Source: a virus
Direction: 5' to 3' (one strand)
Virus record (IMG/VR): IMGVR_UViG_3300045988_163731
Length of the DNA stretch: 63,234 bases
Shown here: piece after piece, positions 47,673-57,252 of the stretch
Numbering within the stretch: the first letter of the stretch is position 1
How the letters are laid out: every line of letters starts with the position of its first letter
The notes under the pieces: model-generated
Databases searched by the model: none
Told to the model about the DNA's origin: nothing
Seen by the model: the letters and a program-made list of their open reading frames with translations, nothing else
Translations under genes and position numbers: made by a program

Positions 47673-48542
47673 ATGTCAACTGATGCAAGTATTATTGGCG
47701 TTGAAAAAGGCCAATACAATGTACCGACAAAAGAAGCTGGTAAATATGTAACTGTTCACTGGGAAACAGAGGTAGGCCAGCTTACAGACCTCACAGGTAT
47801 TTCTCATAACGGCATCTACCGGGGTAAAGACCTGACTAACTATTATGCCAGCGGGGAAATGTCCAAGGCTATCGCAAATGGCAGCTTTAAGGATATCTAT
47901 ATCGGTGACTATATCACCAAGAATATCGTTGTTGGCGGTACTACCTATCAGGTTAAGTGGGAAGTTGCTGATATAGATTACTTCTATAAGTCCGGTGATG
48001 CTTCTTGTGATACTCACCATGTAGTCCTGCTTCCATCAAAGGCTGTGTTTGTTAATATTAAGATGAATGATACCGACACCACTAAAGGCGGCTATGCAGG
48101 CAGCAAAATGTGGAAAGAAACCATTCCTGCTGTTGTTACCGGTATCAAGGCCGCGTTTGGTGCAGACCATGTGGTAAAGCATAGAGAATTGCTGACTATC
48201 AAAGTTTCTGCCACTGCTCAGTCTGTTGCTGGAGCTGGTTGGACTGGCAGTAGTACAGGACAGGCTTGGGCTGATGTAGAAGCTAACATTCCGACTGAGC
48301 CTATGGTTTATGGCGGTACTGTATTTGGTTCTAGTGGATATGATGTTGGAAGTGGCGGGAAACAGTTTGCTATCTTCAGATTCAAGAAGGACTGTTATCC
48401 TGATAGAATGTGGTTTTGGCTTAGAGCGGTGGCTTCGGCGTCTAGGTTCTGCCGCGTCAGCGCTAGTGGCTTTGCGAGCTCCCACGATGCTTCTATTTCG
48501 AACTCCTCTGGCGGCTGTCGCCCGTATTTCCTGTTCCGCTAA
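47673..48542 (+). CDS. DGR target protein (putative receptor-binding protein) with a C-terminal variable region
   Basis: Its 3' 100 bp is the VR. RBS AAGGAATG before the ATG. The C-terminus RAVASASRFCRVSASGFASSHDASISNSSGGCRPY corresponds to TR-encoded IAVASASRFCNVSENGNANYNDASNSNSSGGCRP. Confidence 0.8.
   Translation: MSTDASIIGVEKGQYNVPTKEAGKYVTVHWETEVGQLTDLTGISHNGIYRGKDLTNYYASGEMSKAIANGSFKDIYIGDYITKNIVVGGTTYQVKWEVADIDYFYKSGDASCDTHHVVLLPSKAVFVNIKMNDTDTTKGGYAGSKMWKETIPAVVTGIKAAFGADHVVKHRELLTIKVSATAQSVAGAGWTGSSTGQAWADVEANIPTEPMVYGGTVFGSSGYDVGSGGKQFAIFRFKKDCYPDRMWFWLRAVASASRFCRVSASGFASSHDASISNSSGGCRPYFLFR
48425..48524 (+). repeat. DGR variable repeat (VR)
   Basis: 100 bp, 88% identical to 49059-49158. 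All 12 mismatches lie opposite TR adenines. A GC hairpin GTCGCCCC-CTTC-GTGGGGCGAC follows 24 bp downstream. Confidence 0.85.
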
Positions 48543-48596
48543 CCTTGTCGTCGCCCCCTTCGTGGGGCGACATAATCGCCATTTTTAGGAGGTAAA

Positions 48597-49037
48597 ATGT
48601 CAGTATTAGCGAGAAATAGAAGTCTGTCGAAATTGGAGTTCTATACGACAGCTATAACTTTACGCAGAAAAATTACCAGAGAGCTTTTGATTAATTTTCA
48701 TATTAAGAAAAAGAATCAGGAGCTTGATGAATACTCAATTTGGCTGCTATCAAAACTTCGCGAGTCAATTTATGACATAATGCATGATATTGTACTTAAC
48801 ATCACGCGTGCGTATACAATCTGGGCTACAAGCCGTGCTGAAGCAGACGAAAGAAGGATAGCTCAGGACAGGGCTATTGCAGGGTGCGAAAGCATACTAA
48901 AAGAGCTGGAATTTGCTTATCAGGTACTGCCAGTAAGTGTTGAAAGGTATATGGTTTATGTAGAACTGGTTGAGAAAGAAATCGCCCTCATTAAAGGCTG
49001 GCGAAAATCAGACAACAAACGATATAAAAATTTATAA
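48597..49037 (+). CDS. avd: DGR accessory variability determinant (Avd-like small basic helical protein)
   Basis: 146-aa basic protein between the target gene and TR, the canonical Avd position. RBS AGGAGG before the ATG. Confidence 0.65.
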   Translation: MSVLARNRSLSKLEFYTTAITLRRKITRELLINFHIKKKNQELDEYSIWLLSKLRESIYDIMHDIVLNITRAYTIWATSRAEADERRIAQDRAIAGCESILKELEFAYQVLPVSVERYMVYVELVEKEIALIKGWRKSDNKRYKNL

Positions 49038-49058
49038 TTCTATAGGGTATCAGCTAAT

Positions 49059-49158
49059 AGCGGTGGCTTCGGCGTCTAGGTTCTGCAACGTCAGCGAAAA
49101 TGGCAATGCGAACTACAACGATGCTTCTAATTCGAACTCCTCTGGCGGCTGTCGCCCG
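49059..49158 (+). repeat. DGR template repeat (TR)
   Basis: Intergenic copy of the VR. Its AAC codons read as Asn in the VR frame. Confidence 0.85.
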
Positions 49159-49296
49159 CTTCTCATATCAGTCTACTCATAGACACATAACAGGGAATGA
49201 GCGGATATCCTTCCTTTAAAAGGTAAATAACAGTTGTGTGCAGTCCGTCTAAGGGCGCTGATTGCATATGCACAGCTATCCCCTAGGGGTTGATTA

Positions 49297-50490
49297 ATGA
49301 GAGATTTTACAAATGCAAATAGCTTGATGAGTGCCTACGAGCGTGTCAGAAAAACCAGCGGTTGGAAGGAAAGCACACAGCGGTATGGGCTTAATCTTTT
49401 GCGTGAAACCTACTGGTTACAGAAGGCTTTGCGGGAAAGAAACTACGCACAGCATGAGTGCAATACTTTCAAACTATGTGAAAGAGGTCATCTGAGGTTG
49501 GTAAAGGCTTTAGTCACAAGAGATATGGTTATGCAGCACTCTCTTTGCGATACGGTGCTTGTGCCAGAACTGCTAAAGTACATCATTCACGATAACGGCG
49601 CTAGCATAAAGGGCAAAGGCATTAGCTTTACAAGAAGGCGTTTTGAGCAACACCTTCGCTGGCATTATCGAAGATATAGTACCGAGGGGTATATTTTGAA
49701 AATTGACTTCAGGAAATATTTCGATAACATCCAGCATGGTATCTTGAAAAAGCTGATAGCCGAAAAGATACATAATGAAGATGTACAGTATGTATTGAAT
49801 GAAATTTTCAAAGCTAATGAGGTTGATGTCTCATACACTGATGACACGGACATTTTGCAAAAAGTGTTCAGTTCACTCGAGCAAGAAAAAATTGATACAG
49901 CGCTGCTTACCGGTAAAAGATTTATGCCTAAATCCTTAGGTATAGGTTCTCCGGTATCGCAGATTGCAGGTATCTTCTTTCCTTACAAAATAGACAATTT
50001 TTGTAAAACAGTTAAAGGCATTCATTGTTATGATGCATATATGGATGACAGAATTGTGATTCATAAGTCAAAAGAATTTTTGTGGAACTTGCTTGAAGAA
50101 ATAAAGGTACTTGCAGAAAAGCAGGGTATCACAATTCATCAAGATAAAACACAGATTATTAAGCTGTCCCATGGATTCACATTTCTAAAAACTAAATATA
50201 TTCTTACAGAAACCGGCAAAATAGTTAAGAAAATACCCCGCGATGTTGTTACAGTTGAGAGAAGAAAGCTCAAAAAGCTGGCCACACTGGTAGTATCGGG
50301 GGCTATGAGTCGGGAAAAATTCATTACACAGTATAAGTCGTGGAAAGGAGATAAGCAGAGATACTATAACGCTTATCATACTTTGAAAAATATGGATAAA
50401 ATTTTTAGGAGGCTACTAAAATGGATAACGCAACAAGAGAAACTATTAGACGCAAGCAGCAGGAAATCATCGACCTCATCGGAGAGCTGA
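49297..50490 (+). CDS. DGR reverse transcriptase
   Basis: YMDD box (CYDAYMDDRIVIH), DGR-type LGIGSPVSQIAGIFF motif, and ILKIDFRKYFDNI (RT motif 2). Confidence 0.9.
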   Translation: MRDFTNANSLMSAYERVRKTSGWKESTQRYGLNLLRETYWLQKALRERNYAQHECNTFKLCERGHLRLVKALVTRDMVMQHSLCDTVLVPELLKYIIHDNGASIKGKGISFTRRRFEQHLRWHYRRYSTEGYILKIDFRKYFDNIQHGILKKLIAEKIHNEDVQYVLNEIFKANEVDVSYTDDTDILQKVFSSLEQEKIDTALLTGKRFMPKSLGIGSPVSQIAGIFFPYKIDNFCKTVKGIHCYDAYMDDRIVIHKSKEFLWNLLEEIKVLAEKQGITIHQDKTQIIKLSHGFTFLKTKYILTETGKIVKKIPRDVVTVERRKLKKLATLVVSGAMSREKFITQYKSWKGDKQRYYNAYHTLKNMDKIFRRLLKWITQQEKLLDASSRKSSTSSES

Positions 50491-50666
50491 CAAGCCCCGT
50501 TTCTAAAATAGGTGATTATCGTGTAATCAAGTGCTATGAAGCCACTCTTTCTGGTGCCAAGACTATGCCTTATGACACTTCGACTCTTCTGGCAGAGCGT
50601 CAGAAGGTGCGGGACAAGATTAATGCCCTGCAGGCCGAGGTTGCTCAGCTTGAAGCTGAGCAGTGA
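50421..50666 (+). CDS. Small coiled-coil protein
   Basis: Strong RBS TTAGGAGG before the ATG. Overlaps the RT 3' end in another frame. Confidence 0.4.
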   Translation: MDNATRETIRRKQQEIIDLIGELTSPVSKIGDYRVIKCYEATLSGAKTMPYDTSTLLAERQKVRDKINALQAEVAQLEAEQ

Positions 50667-50825
50667 TACAGGTGAAGATTATGCAGCATGATTTTCAGAA
50701 GATTAAGCAGAAAACTGACTTGCAGCTGCAAGAAGAGTTGAGCGTAAGAACCAATGAAGAGCTGATTGAAATGAACATCCGGCTGTTGAGATTGCTTAGT
50801 CTATATGTAATAAGGAGTGATGGTT

Positions 50826-51104
50826 ATGGACAGGCGGTATGATTTAGGGAAGCTGGGGACAGTTTTAGCTGTACTGACTAACAGGGTGACAAAGGATATG
50901 CGGTGTGTATTGGCGGTTGGCATTATGACTCTTGTGGTCAGCTTAATAACTATGGTGATGGTGCTATACATGGCAACGAATGAGTACCGTGCTGGCGCCT
51001 GCATAGTAGGCACTACGGCTATTACTAGCATATGCAAAACAGCTAAGGCAAAGGCAGGTGCACGCGTAGAGTATGCCAAGCATACAATAGATTGTGTGGT
51101 GTAA
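50826..51104 (+). CDS. Small membrane protein
   Basis: RBS AAGGAGTGA before the ATG at 50826. TM spans present. Confidence 0.4.
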   Translation: MDRRYDLGKLGTVLAVLTNRVTKDMRCVLAVGIMTLVVSLITMVMVLYMATNEYRAGACIVGTTAITSICKTAKAKAGARVEYAKHTIDCVV

Positions 51105-51107
51105 GCT

Positions 51108-51356
51108 ATGTTGTGGCACAGAAAACTGGCTAAGAAATTTCTCAATGAGTCAACTCTCACGGACTTCTGGGACATTGTTAAGGAAGCCAAAATCACAACG
51201 CTAGATATGGAGATATTGGATGCCGTATTCATTGATGGCAAAAGTATGGTGCAGGTTTCGATGGAGCAGGGGTATTCTGTGGAAAAAGTAAAAACCACAT
51301 TGCAGCGTGGCTATGACAAGGTGTATCGTGCGCTGGAAAAGCATAATAAGCTATAA
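51108..51356 (+). CDS. Sigma-70 region-4-like small transcription factor (candidate late-gene activator)
   Basis: LDMEILDAVFIDGKSMVQVSMEQGYSVEKVKTTLQRGYDKV reads as an HTH of sigma region-4 type. Confidence 0.5.
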   Translation: MLWHRKLAKKFLNESTLTDFWDIVKEAKITTLDMEILDAVFIDGKSMVQVSMEQGYSVEKVKTTLQRGYDKVYRALEKHNKL

Positions 51357-51364
51357 GTACATTA

Positions 51365-51400
51365 AAAAAGAGACTCCCATTGCAGAGCCTCTTTTTTGTT
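51365..51400. terminator. Bidirectional terminator
   Basis: AAGAGACTC-N9-GAGCCTCTT followed by TTTTTGTT. Confidence 0.45.
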
Positions 51401-51408
51401 ACAAAATA

Positions 51409-51801
51409 TTATTTCATCAAAAAATAAATTAATATAATTATACCTACTGTTATGAAAAAATATTTAGCACAGCTTCCTGTAGATGATGATATTTTTTTAT
51501 GTGCATAAACTGCCCATTCTTCACGACAACCCATCATTCGGTAGTGCATTTCTCCGATGTTTAACAATAACATATTAGCACTCTGTGTGCTAATACCCAT
51601 TTCTGTAAATAATGCACCTGCTTCTTCTCTTAGGGCGAGTAATTCTTGCTTTTCTGATGGCGGGACAATTTTTAATAAATTTCTAATATCTTCTTTCTCC
51701 ATGCCTGCCATCAGAAGATAGATTTTAGGAACTGTGATATTAAGATTGTTTTCGCCACCTATAGATACAGGCTCCATATCCCATTCAAACATTCCTGCCA
51801 A
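51409..51801 (-). CDS. Hypothetical protein with a C-terminal TM
   Basis: ORF. Confidence 0.4.
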   Translation of the reverse strand: MAGMFEWDMEPVSIGGENNLNITVPKIYLLMAGMEKEDIRNLLKIVPPSEKQELLALREEAGALFTEMGISTQSANMLLLNIGEMHYRMMGCREEWAVYAHKKISSSTGSCAKYFFITVGIIILIYFLMK

Positions 51802-51841
51802 TTCCTTTCTTATCTAATGATTTATGCTGAAATATATTATT

Positions 51842-52204
51842 TTAAGAGTTTTTATTTCTTCCTAGCCGTGGGTGGAACTGTAACATTATAGCTCGTACCA
51901 TCTTCTTACCGCAGTACTCTATATGACTTTTTCGCCTATTAGTGTTTAGCAATGGTAGGCCGATGAATACAAATGCTATATCGTTAATATGATTTGCATT
52001 ATTGGTTGACAGTGACAACACAATTCCAGTAATTCTCAGCTTGTCCCAACACAACGCTTGGTCGGTGTCAGCTATTATGGTTCCCGTAGTTAGGTATTGT
52101 GTAGTTATTGCACTTCTATAATCCTGCTCTGGGATAATGTGCCTTGCATGGAAGCTCATTAACATCAGAGGGAGGACTAAGAAAATGGTCAACCGTTTTC
52201 TCAT
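51842..52204 (-). CDS. Secreted protein or lipoprotein candidate
   Basis: N-terminal signal-like MRKRLTIFLVLPLMLMSFHA. Confidence 0.4.
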   Translation of the reverse strand: MRKRLTIFLVLPLMLMSFHARHIIPEQDYRSAITTQYLTTGTIIADTDQALCWDKLRITGIVLSLSTNNANHINDIAFVFIGLPLLNTNRRKSHIEYCGKKMVRAIMLQFHPRLGRNKNS

Positions 52205-52370
52205 GTGTGCTCCTTACTCGGCAGTAATGATGATAACATCGCCGACAAGCTCGACAATGTCCTCTGTGGTTTCAATGTTCTTACCCACGGGTTTATCCTC
52301 CACAATATATATTTCACCTGCTGCGTTGTCCTTTCATCAGCACAGATTGAATTGGGTGATGGCTATGTGG

Positions 52371-53051
52371 TTATTTGGAAACAGTATGCCCTAAACCTAT
52401 ACCGCCATTTCTAACGGCTTCTTCATAAGTTAGGGTAATGATGTCCCGAATCCTATCCTGTTGTTGCTTAGTGAGCTTGGCTATTTTCCCAGGCTCATTT
52501 ATTGTGCCAGTCATTTCTATATGGCTGATTTTCTTTAGAAATGCTGGGTTGTCTTTAAAGAGGACTTCCAGCAGATTGTAAGATGGAGTGTCTTTATCGT
52601 CTTCAATATTTTGAGCTGCCATTATGCTAAGAGGGTCAACCTGTAGAATCTCAGATAGTTTCTCTATCTTATCTCTACGCATATTGCAGCCTTCCCCAGA
52701 TTCCCAGCAGGACACAGTTGCTTCTGTGACACCTGCATAATCAGCAACCTCTTTTTGAGTTAATCCTAAGTGCAGGCGGCGCTCTTTTATAAATTTAGCC
52801 ATTTCCGAAAAATCCGTTGCCCCCATCAAAACAGCGGGTGTAGTGTGCAATGCTTCGGCAATTTTATATAGCTTTATTTGTTTTGGTACATATTTACCTT
52901 TTAAATATTCGCTTAATGTACCTCCACTTATGCCTGTGGCACGTGATAAGTCTACAGCTCTCAGTCCTGCCCTATCCATATAGCGTTTTAGTCGTGCGGC
53001 AAATTCTTTATTATAAGTAGCACGGTCTTTCACAATAACACCGCCTTTCAT
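52371..53051 (-). CDS. CI-like repressor with two tandem XRE-type HTH domains and no S24 peptidase domain
   Basis: Two HTH_3-like blocks: GLRAVDLSRATGISGGTLSEYLKG and GLTQKEVADYAGVTEATVSCWESG. Divergent from a Cro-like gene. Confidence 0.7.
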   Translation of the reverse strand: MKGGVIVKDRATYNKEFAARLKRYMDRAGLRAVDLSRATGISGGTLSEYLKGKYVPKQIKLYKIAEALHTTPAVLMGATDFSEMAKFIKERRLHLGLTQKEVADYAGVTEATVSCWESGEGCNMRRDKIEKLSEILQVDPLSIMAAQNIEDDKDTPSYNLLEVLFKDNPAFLKKISHIEMTGTINEPGKIAKLTKQQQDRIRDIITLTYEEAVRNGGIGLGHTVSK

Positions 53052-53137
53052 GTATACATATATTATACATAAAAATTATGAAAAAGTACATTAAAAATTT
53101 GGAAAACCATAACTTAAATGTTTGTAAAAAAATAATC

Positions 53138-53166
53138 TTGCATAAAAGCTCAAAATGAGTTATAAT
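53138..53166 (+). promoter_or_regulatory. Rightward promoter TTGCAT-17-TATAAT in the repressor/cro intergenic region
   Basis: Read directly in the sequence. Confidence 0.45.
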
Positions 53167-53228
53167 AAAACTCGGAAATACGAAGAAAACAAAATCCGTT
53201 TCCCAAAAAATAAGAAAGGATTAAGACT

Positions 53229-53468
53229 ATGGAATTTGATTACAGCAAACTCCGAGGACGAATTAGAGAGATTCTAGGTTCAGAAGCAAATTTTTGTGAT
53301 AGAATGCCACTAACTCGCTCCTCAGTAAGCCTAAAGTTAAATGGCAAAGTGGAATTTACTCAAAGCGAAATTGCAGCTGCAATGGAAGTTCTTAAACTAC
53401 CTAAGAGCGCAATAGGCGACTATTTTTTTAAAGAAAAACTTCGGAAAACAGAGGAAGTAAAAATCTGA
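53229..53468 (+). CDS. Cro-like small XRE-family HTH protein
   Basis: MPLTRSSVSLKLNGKVEFTQSEI; divergent from the repressor gene. Confidence 0.65.
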   Translation: MEFDYSKLRGRIREILGSEANFCDRMPLTRSSVSLKLNGKVEFTQSEIAAAMEVLKLPKSAIGDYFFKEKLRKTEEVKI

Positions 53469-53485
53469 AAACAAAGGAGGCTAGT

Positions 53486-54292
53486 ATGAATTTAGTAGTT
53501 ATTGAACACGCAGGAGAGCGTGTGCTAACAACAGAACAGTTGGCAGAGGTTTATGAATGTGATGTAAAACGCATATCGGAAAACTTCAAACGCAATGAAG
53601 ATAGATTCGTTGAAAATAAACATTATTTCAAACTAACAGGGGACTCACTTAAAGTATTCAAGGCTTCATTAGGTAATCAGCAAATTGCGGAAAACCTAAA
53701 ATTTGCTCCTACAATCTATCTTTGGACTCGTCGAGGAGCTTCCAGACATTGCAAGATGTTAGGTACAGATAAAGCGTGGGAAATGTTTGACCGGCTGGAG
53801 GAAACATATTTCAATCCAAAACCTAAACAGTTGACACTAACAGAGCAGATGGCTCAGGGCTTGTTGGCTGCCAAGGAACTATTAGAGGTCAAGAACAAGC
53901 AGGTCAAAGAACTTACAGAAACTTGCTCCCAGCAACAACAGGTGATTGGCGAGCTAAAGCCAAAGGCTGATTATGTTGACAAGATTCTGAAAAGCGATTC
54001 CCTAGTAACCATTACACAGATTGCCAAGGACTATGGCATGAGCGGTCAGGGAATGAACAAAGTGCTTCACGACCTGCATATCATCTACAGCTGTAATAAG
54101 CAGTGGCTTTTGTACAGTCAACATCAGGCCAAGGGATATACATTCTCTGAAACAGTGGATATTCCCAGAGAGGACGGGACTACCAAGGTTGTGATGAACA
54201 CCAAGTGGACACAAAAGGGCAGGTTGTTCTTGTATGAAACCTTGAAGAAACGAAACCTGCTTCCGCTGATTGAGAGAAAAGAACAGGAGTAG
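53486..54292 (+). CDS. Antirepressor with an ORF6N N-terminal domain and a KilA-C-like C-terminal domain
   Basis: ERVLTTEQLAEVYECDVKRISENFKRNEDRFVENKHYFKL matches ORF6N. ITQIAKDYGMSGQGMNKVLHDLHII matches KilA-C. Confidence 0.8.
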   Translation: MNLVVIEHAGERVLTTEQLAEVYECDVKRISENFKRNEDRFVENKHYFKLTGDSLKVFKASLGNQQIAENLKFAPTIYLWTRRGASRHCKMLGTDKAWEMFDRLEETYFNPKPKQLTLTEQMAQGLLAAKELLEVKNKQVKELTETCSQQQQVIGELKPKADYVDKILKSDSLVTITQIAKDYGMSGQGMNKVLHDLHIIYSCNKQWLLYSQHQAKGYTFSETVDIPREDGTTKVVMNTKWTQKGRLFLYETLKKRNLLPLIERKEQE

Positions 54293-54295
54293 AAG

Positions 54296-54502
54296 ATGGC
54301 AGAGATAAAGAAAGCAAGAATCCTATACAGCAATATGTGGATAGGGTTCACAGAAGATAAAAGGAACATTGCAGGGGCTTTCAAAAGTATCTGTGATGGT
54401 TTATCCGAGGCAAACAACTTGGGATACTACCGAGGATATTTGGCAGAGATAGCTGCTAAGTTAGGATTGTTCTTGGAAGATGGTGAGAAGCATGACGGAT
54501 AA
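54296..54502 (+). CDS. Hypothetical protein
   Basis: ORF with an RBS (GGAG) before the ATG. Confidence 0.4.
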   Translation: MAEIKKARILYSNMWIGFTEDKRNIAGAFKSICDGLSEANNLGYYRGYLAEIAAKLGLFLEDGEKHDG

Positions 54503-54665
54503 GGTATGGAATGTCCTCTCAACAAAAGAGAGGGTGGCAATCAAGCGCAAAGTCATATCTGATAGACGAAAGGTAGAGGTTTTTGATTTCGTAAGAGATT
54601 GCTTACTTATTATTGGCTATTTCATTATAGTTGGCTTAGCCTGTGGATTTGGAGGGAAGCCATGA
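54492..54665 (+). CDS. Small membrane protein
   Basis: ORF with a C-terminal TM span. Confidence 0.3.
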   Translation: MTDKVWNVLSTKERVAIKRKVISDRRKVEVFDFVRDCLLIIGYFIIVGLACGFGGKP

Positions 54666-54781
54666 GATATTTACAGATAAAAGCCTGTGAGCGAAAGAAA
54701 ACAATGAATGTTGATTTGCTGGCTGTGTTCTTGGGGGGCTGTGTATTAGGCTTCCTGGCTGGTGTTTACATCTGGGGGTAA
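54662..54781 (+). CDS. Small membrane protein
   Basis: GGAGGG before the ATG. Hydrophobic C-terminus. Confidence 0.3.
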   Translation: MRYLQIKACERKKTMNVDLLAVFLGGCVLGFLAGVYIWG

Positions 54782-54786
54782 ATAAA

Positions 54787-55302
54787 ATGGAAACACTTTA
54801 TGAGATTAACGCAAGATATAACGCTGCAATTCAGATGCATGAAGATGGGGTCAGCGAGCTGGTTGATACCGAGACTGGCGAGATAATTCCCATTGAGGAT
54901 TGGCTGGCAGCGTTGCAAATGTCTAAAGAGGAAAAGATAGACAACACTATCAAGTACCTGAAAAACTGCAAAGCATTTTGTGAAGCTGCCAAGGCTGAGG
55001 TCGAGGTCTTAGAGGAACGCATTGCTAAAAAAGCAAAGAAAGCAGAGCATTTAGAAAAGTACCTGCTTTCACAGCTGGGTGATACAAAGAAGATTGAAAC
55101 CCCGCTGTACTGCTTAAAGGTGCGTACTAGCAAGAGGACGATTGTGCCGAAAGATGAAAAGTTTATTCGAGAGCTGCCACATAAGTATTGGAATGAGAAA
55201 ACCACTGTGGCTGCCGATAAGAAAGCTATCAAGAAAGCATTGGAAAGCGGTGTAGAGCTGGCAGGGTGCTCCATTGTAGAGAACAAAACCTTGTCATACT
55301 AA
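54787..55302 (+). CDS. Sipho_Gp157-family protein
   Basis: About 170 aa, coiled-coil, directly upstream of an AAA_24 ATPase. This is the classic arrangement. Confidence 0.6.
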   Translation: METLYEINARYNAAIQMHEDGVSELVDTETGEIIPIEDWLAALQMSKEEKIDNTIKYLKNCKAFCEAAKAEVEVLEERIAKKAKKAEHLEKYLLSQLGDTKKIETPLYCLKVRTSKRTIVPKDEKFIRELPHKYWNEKTTVAADKKAIKKALESGVELAGCSIVENKTLSY

Positions 55303-55321
55303 AAGGAGGAACAAATTAAGA

Positions 55322-55993
55322 ATGTCAAGAGGAATATTAGTAATGGGGGAGAGTGGTTCTGGCAAGACAACAAGCCTGAGAACCCTTAACCCTGAAACAA
55401 CTTTTATTATTGAGTGTGACGGCAAGGGCCTGAGCTGGCGGGGTTGGAAAAACCAGTACGCCAAGGCCAAGAAGAATTATTTCGAGACTGACAATGCCCC
55501 GATGATAGAGGACTTGCTGGACAGGATTAATTCTGGCTTGCCAAATATCAAGGTAGTAGTAATAGACACTCTTAACATGATTATGGTGAATGATGAAATT
55601 CGCCGTATGAAAGAGAGGGGCTATGACAAGTGGGCAGATTTGGCTACTTGTATTTGGGGGTTGATTGATACAGCCCACAACCTGCGTGACGACCTGACTG
55701 TAGTGTGTATGGCACACACACAGACGGAAAGGGACGATTCGGGCTATCAGTTTACCAGAATGAAAACTTCTGGTAAGAAGCTGGACAAGCTGTGTGTAGA
55801 GAGTAAGTTCTCCACGGTACTGTTATCTAAGTGCCTTGACGGAGAGTATATCTTTGAAACGCAAGCGGATAAGAGTACAGCAAAAAGCCCTATGGGCTGC
55901 TTCGAAAAACAAATTCCTAATGACATGGATTTTGTCATTAGGAAAATGAATGAATATGAATATGGAGAATGTGAAAGCGAGGAAAAGAAATGA
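55322..55993 (+). CDS. AAA_24 / Sak4-like RecA-type recombination ATPase
   Basis: Walker A ILVMGESGSGKTT. Walker B VVVIDTLN. Confidence 0.8.
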   Translation: MSRGILVMGESGSGKTTSLRTLNPETTFIIECDGKGLSWRGWKNQYAKAKKNYFETDNAPMIEDLLDRINSGLPNIKVVVIDTLNMIMVNDEIRRMKERGYDKWADLATCIWGLIDTAHNLRDDLTVVCMAHTQTERDDSGYQFTRMKTSGKKLDKLCVESKFSTVLLSKCLDGEYIFETQADKSTAKSPMGCFEKQIPNDMDFVIRKMNEYEYGECESEEKK

Positions 55994-56580
55994 TTGAAAG
56001 ACCTAATGATTGGAATGAAGCCCCAGCAATTATTGGCGGTGCTAGAACCCTGCCAGCAGGCAATTATAAGTGCAAGATTGTAAATGTGGAAGATTCTCTT
56101 TCCAAGGCTGGCAATAAGATGTTAAAGATTTTTTTTGACATTGATGAGGGCGATTATGCAGGTATCTACATGGATAGATACCTCAGTGATAAAAAAAGTA
56201 ATGAGGGAGCAAATTATCCAAGTGCTGGAGTATATTACCAGCTCCTGGGAGAGGGACAGACTGGCAGATTGAAAGGCCTTGTGCAGTGTCTTGAAATGTC
56301 TAACCCAGCATTTAAGTGGAATTGGGATGAACATGCAATGGAGGGCTGTGTATTCGCTGGTCAGTTCCGTGAGGAAGAATATTTCAATCAGAAAGATGAG
56401 CGGAGAACTTCCACTAGACTGGTGTATATTCATCCTCTGGAAGAGCTGGCCAACCTCGATGTACTGCCAGCGAAGCAGGCTAGCAAGGCAGGTGCACCAC
56501 GAACCAGCGCAGATGCAGAACGACAGCTCGAGTCCATTTTTGGTGGGCCTGCTGCTCCACCTGAACAGATTCCATTCTAA
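55990..56580 (+). CDS. DUF669-like protein (ssDNA-binding candidate)
   Basis: Position in the Gp157-AAA_24-DUF669 triad. Confidence 0.55.
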   Translation: MIERPNDWNEAPAIIGGARTLPAGNYKCKIVNVEDSLSKAGNKMLKIFFDIDEGDYAGIYMDRYLSDKKSNEGANYPSAGVYYQLLGEGQTGRLKGLVQCLEMSNPAFKWNWDEHAMEGCVFAGQFREEEYFNQKDERRTSTRLVYIHPLEELANLDVLPAKQASKAGAPRTSADAERQLESIFGGPAAPPEQIPF

Positions 56581-57248
56581 TGTTACTCAGTGGCAGGGTG
56601 ATTGGTGCCAAGGGTGGAAACATATTTGTTTCTATCCCTGTCACCGACACCCAAAAGGAACAAATAGCAACCACTTCAAGGCCTGATGTGGTGGTTGAGT
56701 TTGAGGACGGCAGGCAGATAACAGTCAAGCAAAGGAAAAAAATCTATGTGCTGATAAAGTGCATAGCGGATTGGCAGGGGTACACTCCTACAGAGGTAAC
56801 AAAGGAACTGTTGAAATATGAGTTCATTTCCTCACCGATTAGGGAAGCTATTTCCTCTGACGATTCCTTTTCCTTGTCAGACTGTGATAGAACGACTGCA
56901 AGGCTGTTTATAACGTGGCTCATAGAGTTCTGCTTAACACATGATATACCATGTGGAGAACCGCTCTGGAAGCTCTGTGAGGATATTGAGAAGTATATGT
57001 GGGTGTGTGCAGTAACAAAGCATTGTGCAGTGTGTGGCAAAAAAGCAGAGCTGCACCACTATGACACTGTAGGCACCGGCAGAAACAGAAAAGAGATTTG
57101 TCACATCGGCATGAGGTGTTTACCTCTTTGCAGAGAGCACCATATCCAGATACACAATATCGGGCGCGATGAATTTTGCAAGAGATACATTCTGAAGCCG
57201 ATAAAGATAGACGAACAAATAGCACAAGCATATAAGTTAAAGGGGTGA
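56580..57248 (+). CDS. Cys/His-rich putative HNH-like nuclease / zinc-finger protein
   Basis: CAVCGKK...HHYD...CH...C..C.EHH cluster. Confidence 0.4.
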   Translation: MLLSGRVIGAKGGNIFVSIPVTDTQKEQIATTSRPDVVVEFEDGRQITVKQRKKIYVLIKCIADWQGYTPTEVTKELLKYEFISSPIREAISSDDSFSLSDCDRTTARLFITWLIEFCLTHDIPCGEPLWKLCEDIEKYMWVCAVTKHCAVCGKKAELHHYDTVGTGRNRKEICHIGMRCLPLCREHHIQIHNIGRDEFCKRYILKPIKIDEQIAQAYKLKG

Positions 57249-57252
57249 GAAC

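Noticed and set aside
48970-49182. 70-aa ORF
   Set aside because: It is the in-frame translation of the DGR template repeat. TR is non-coding.
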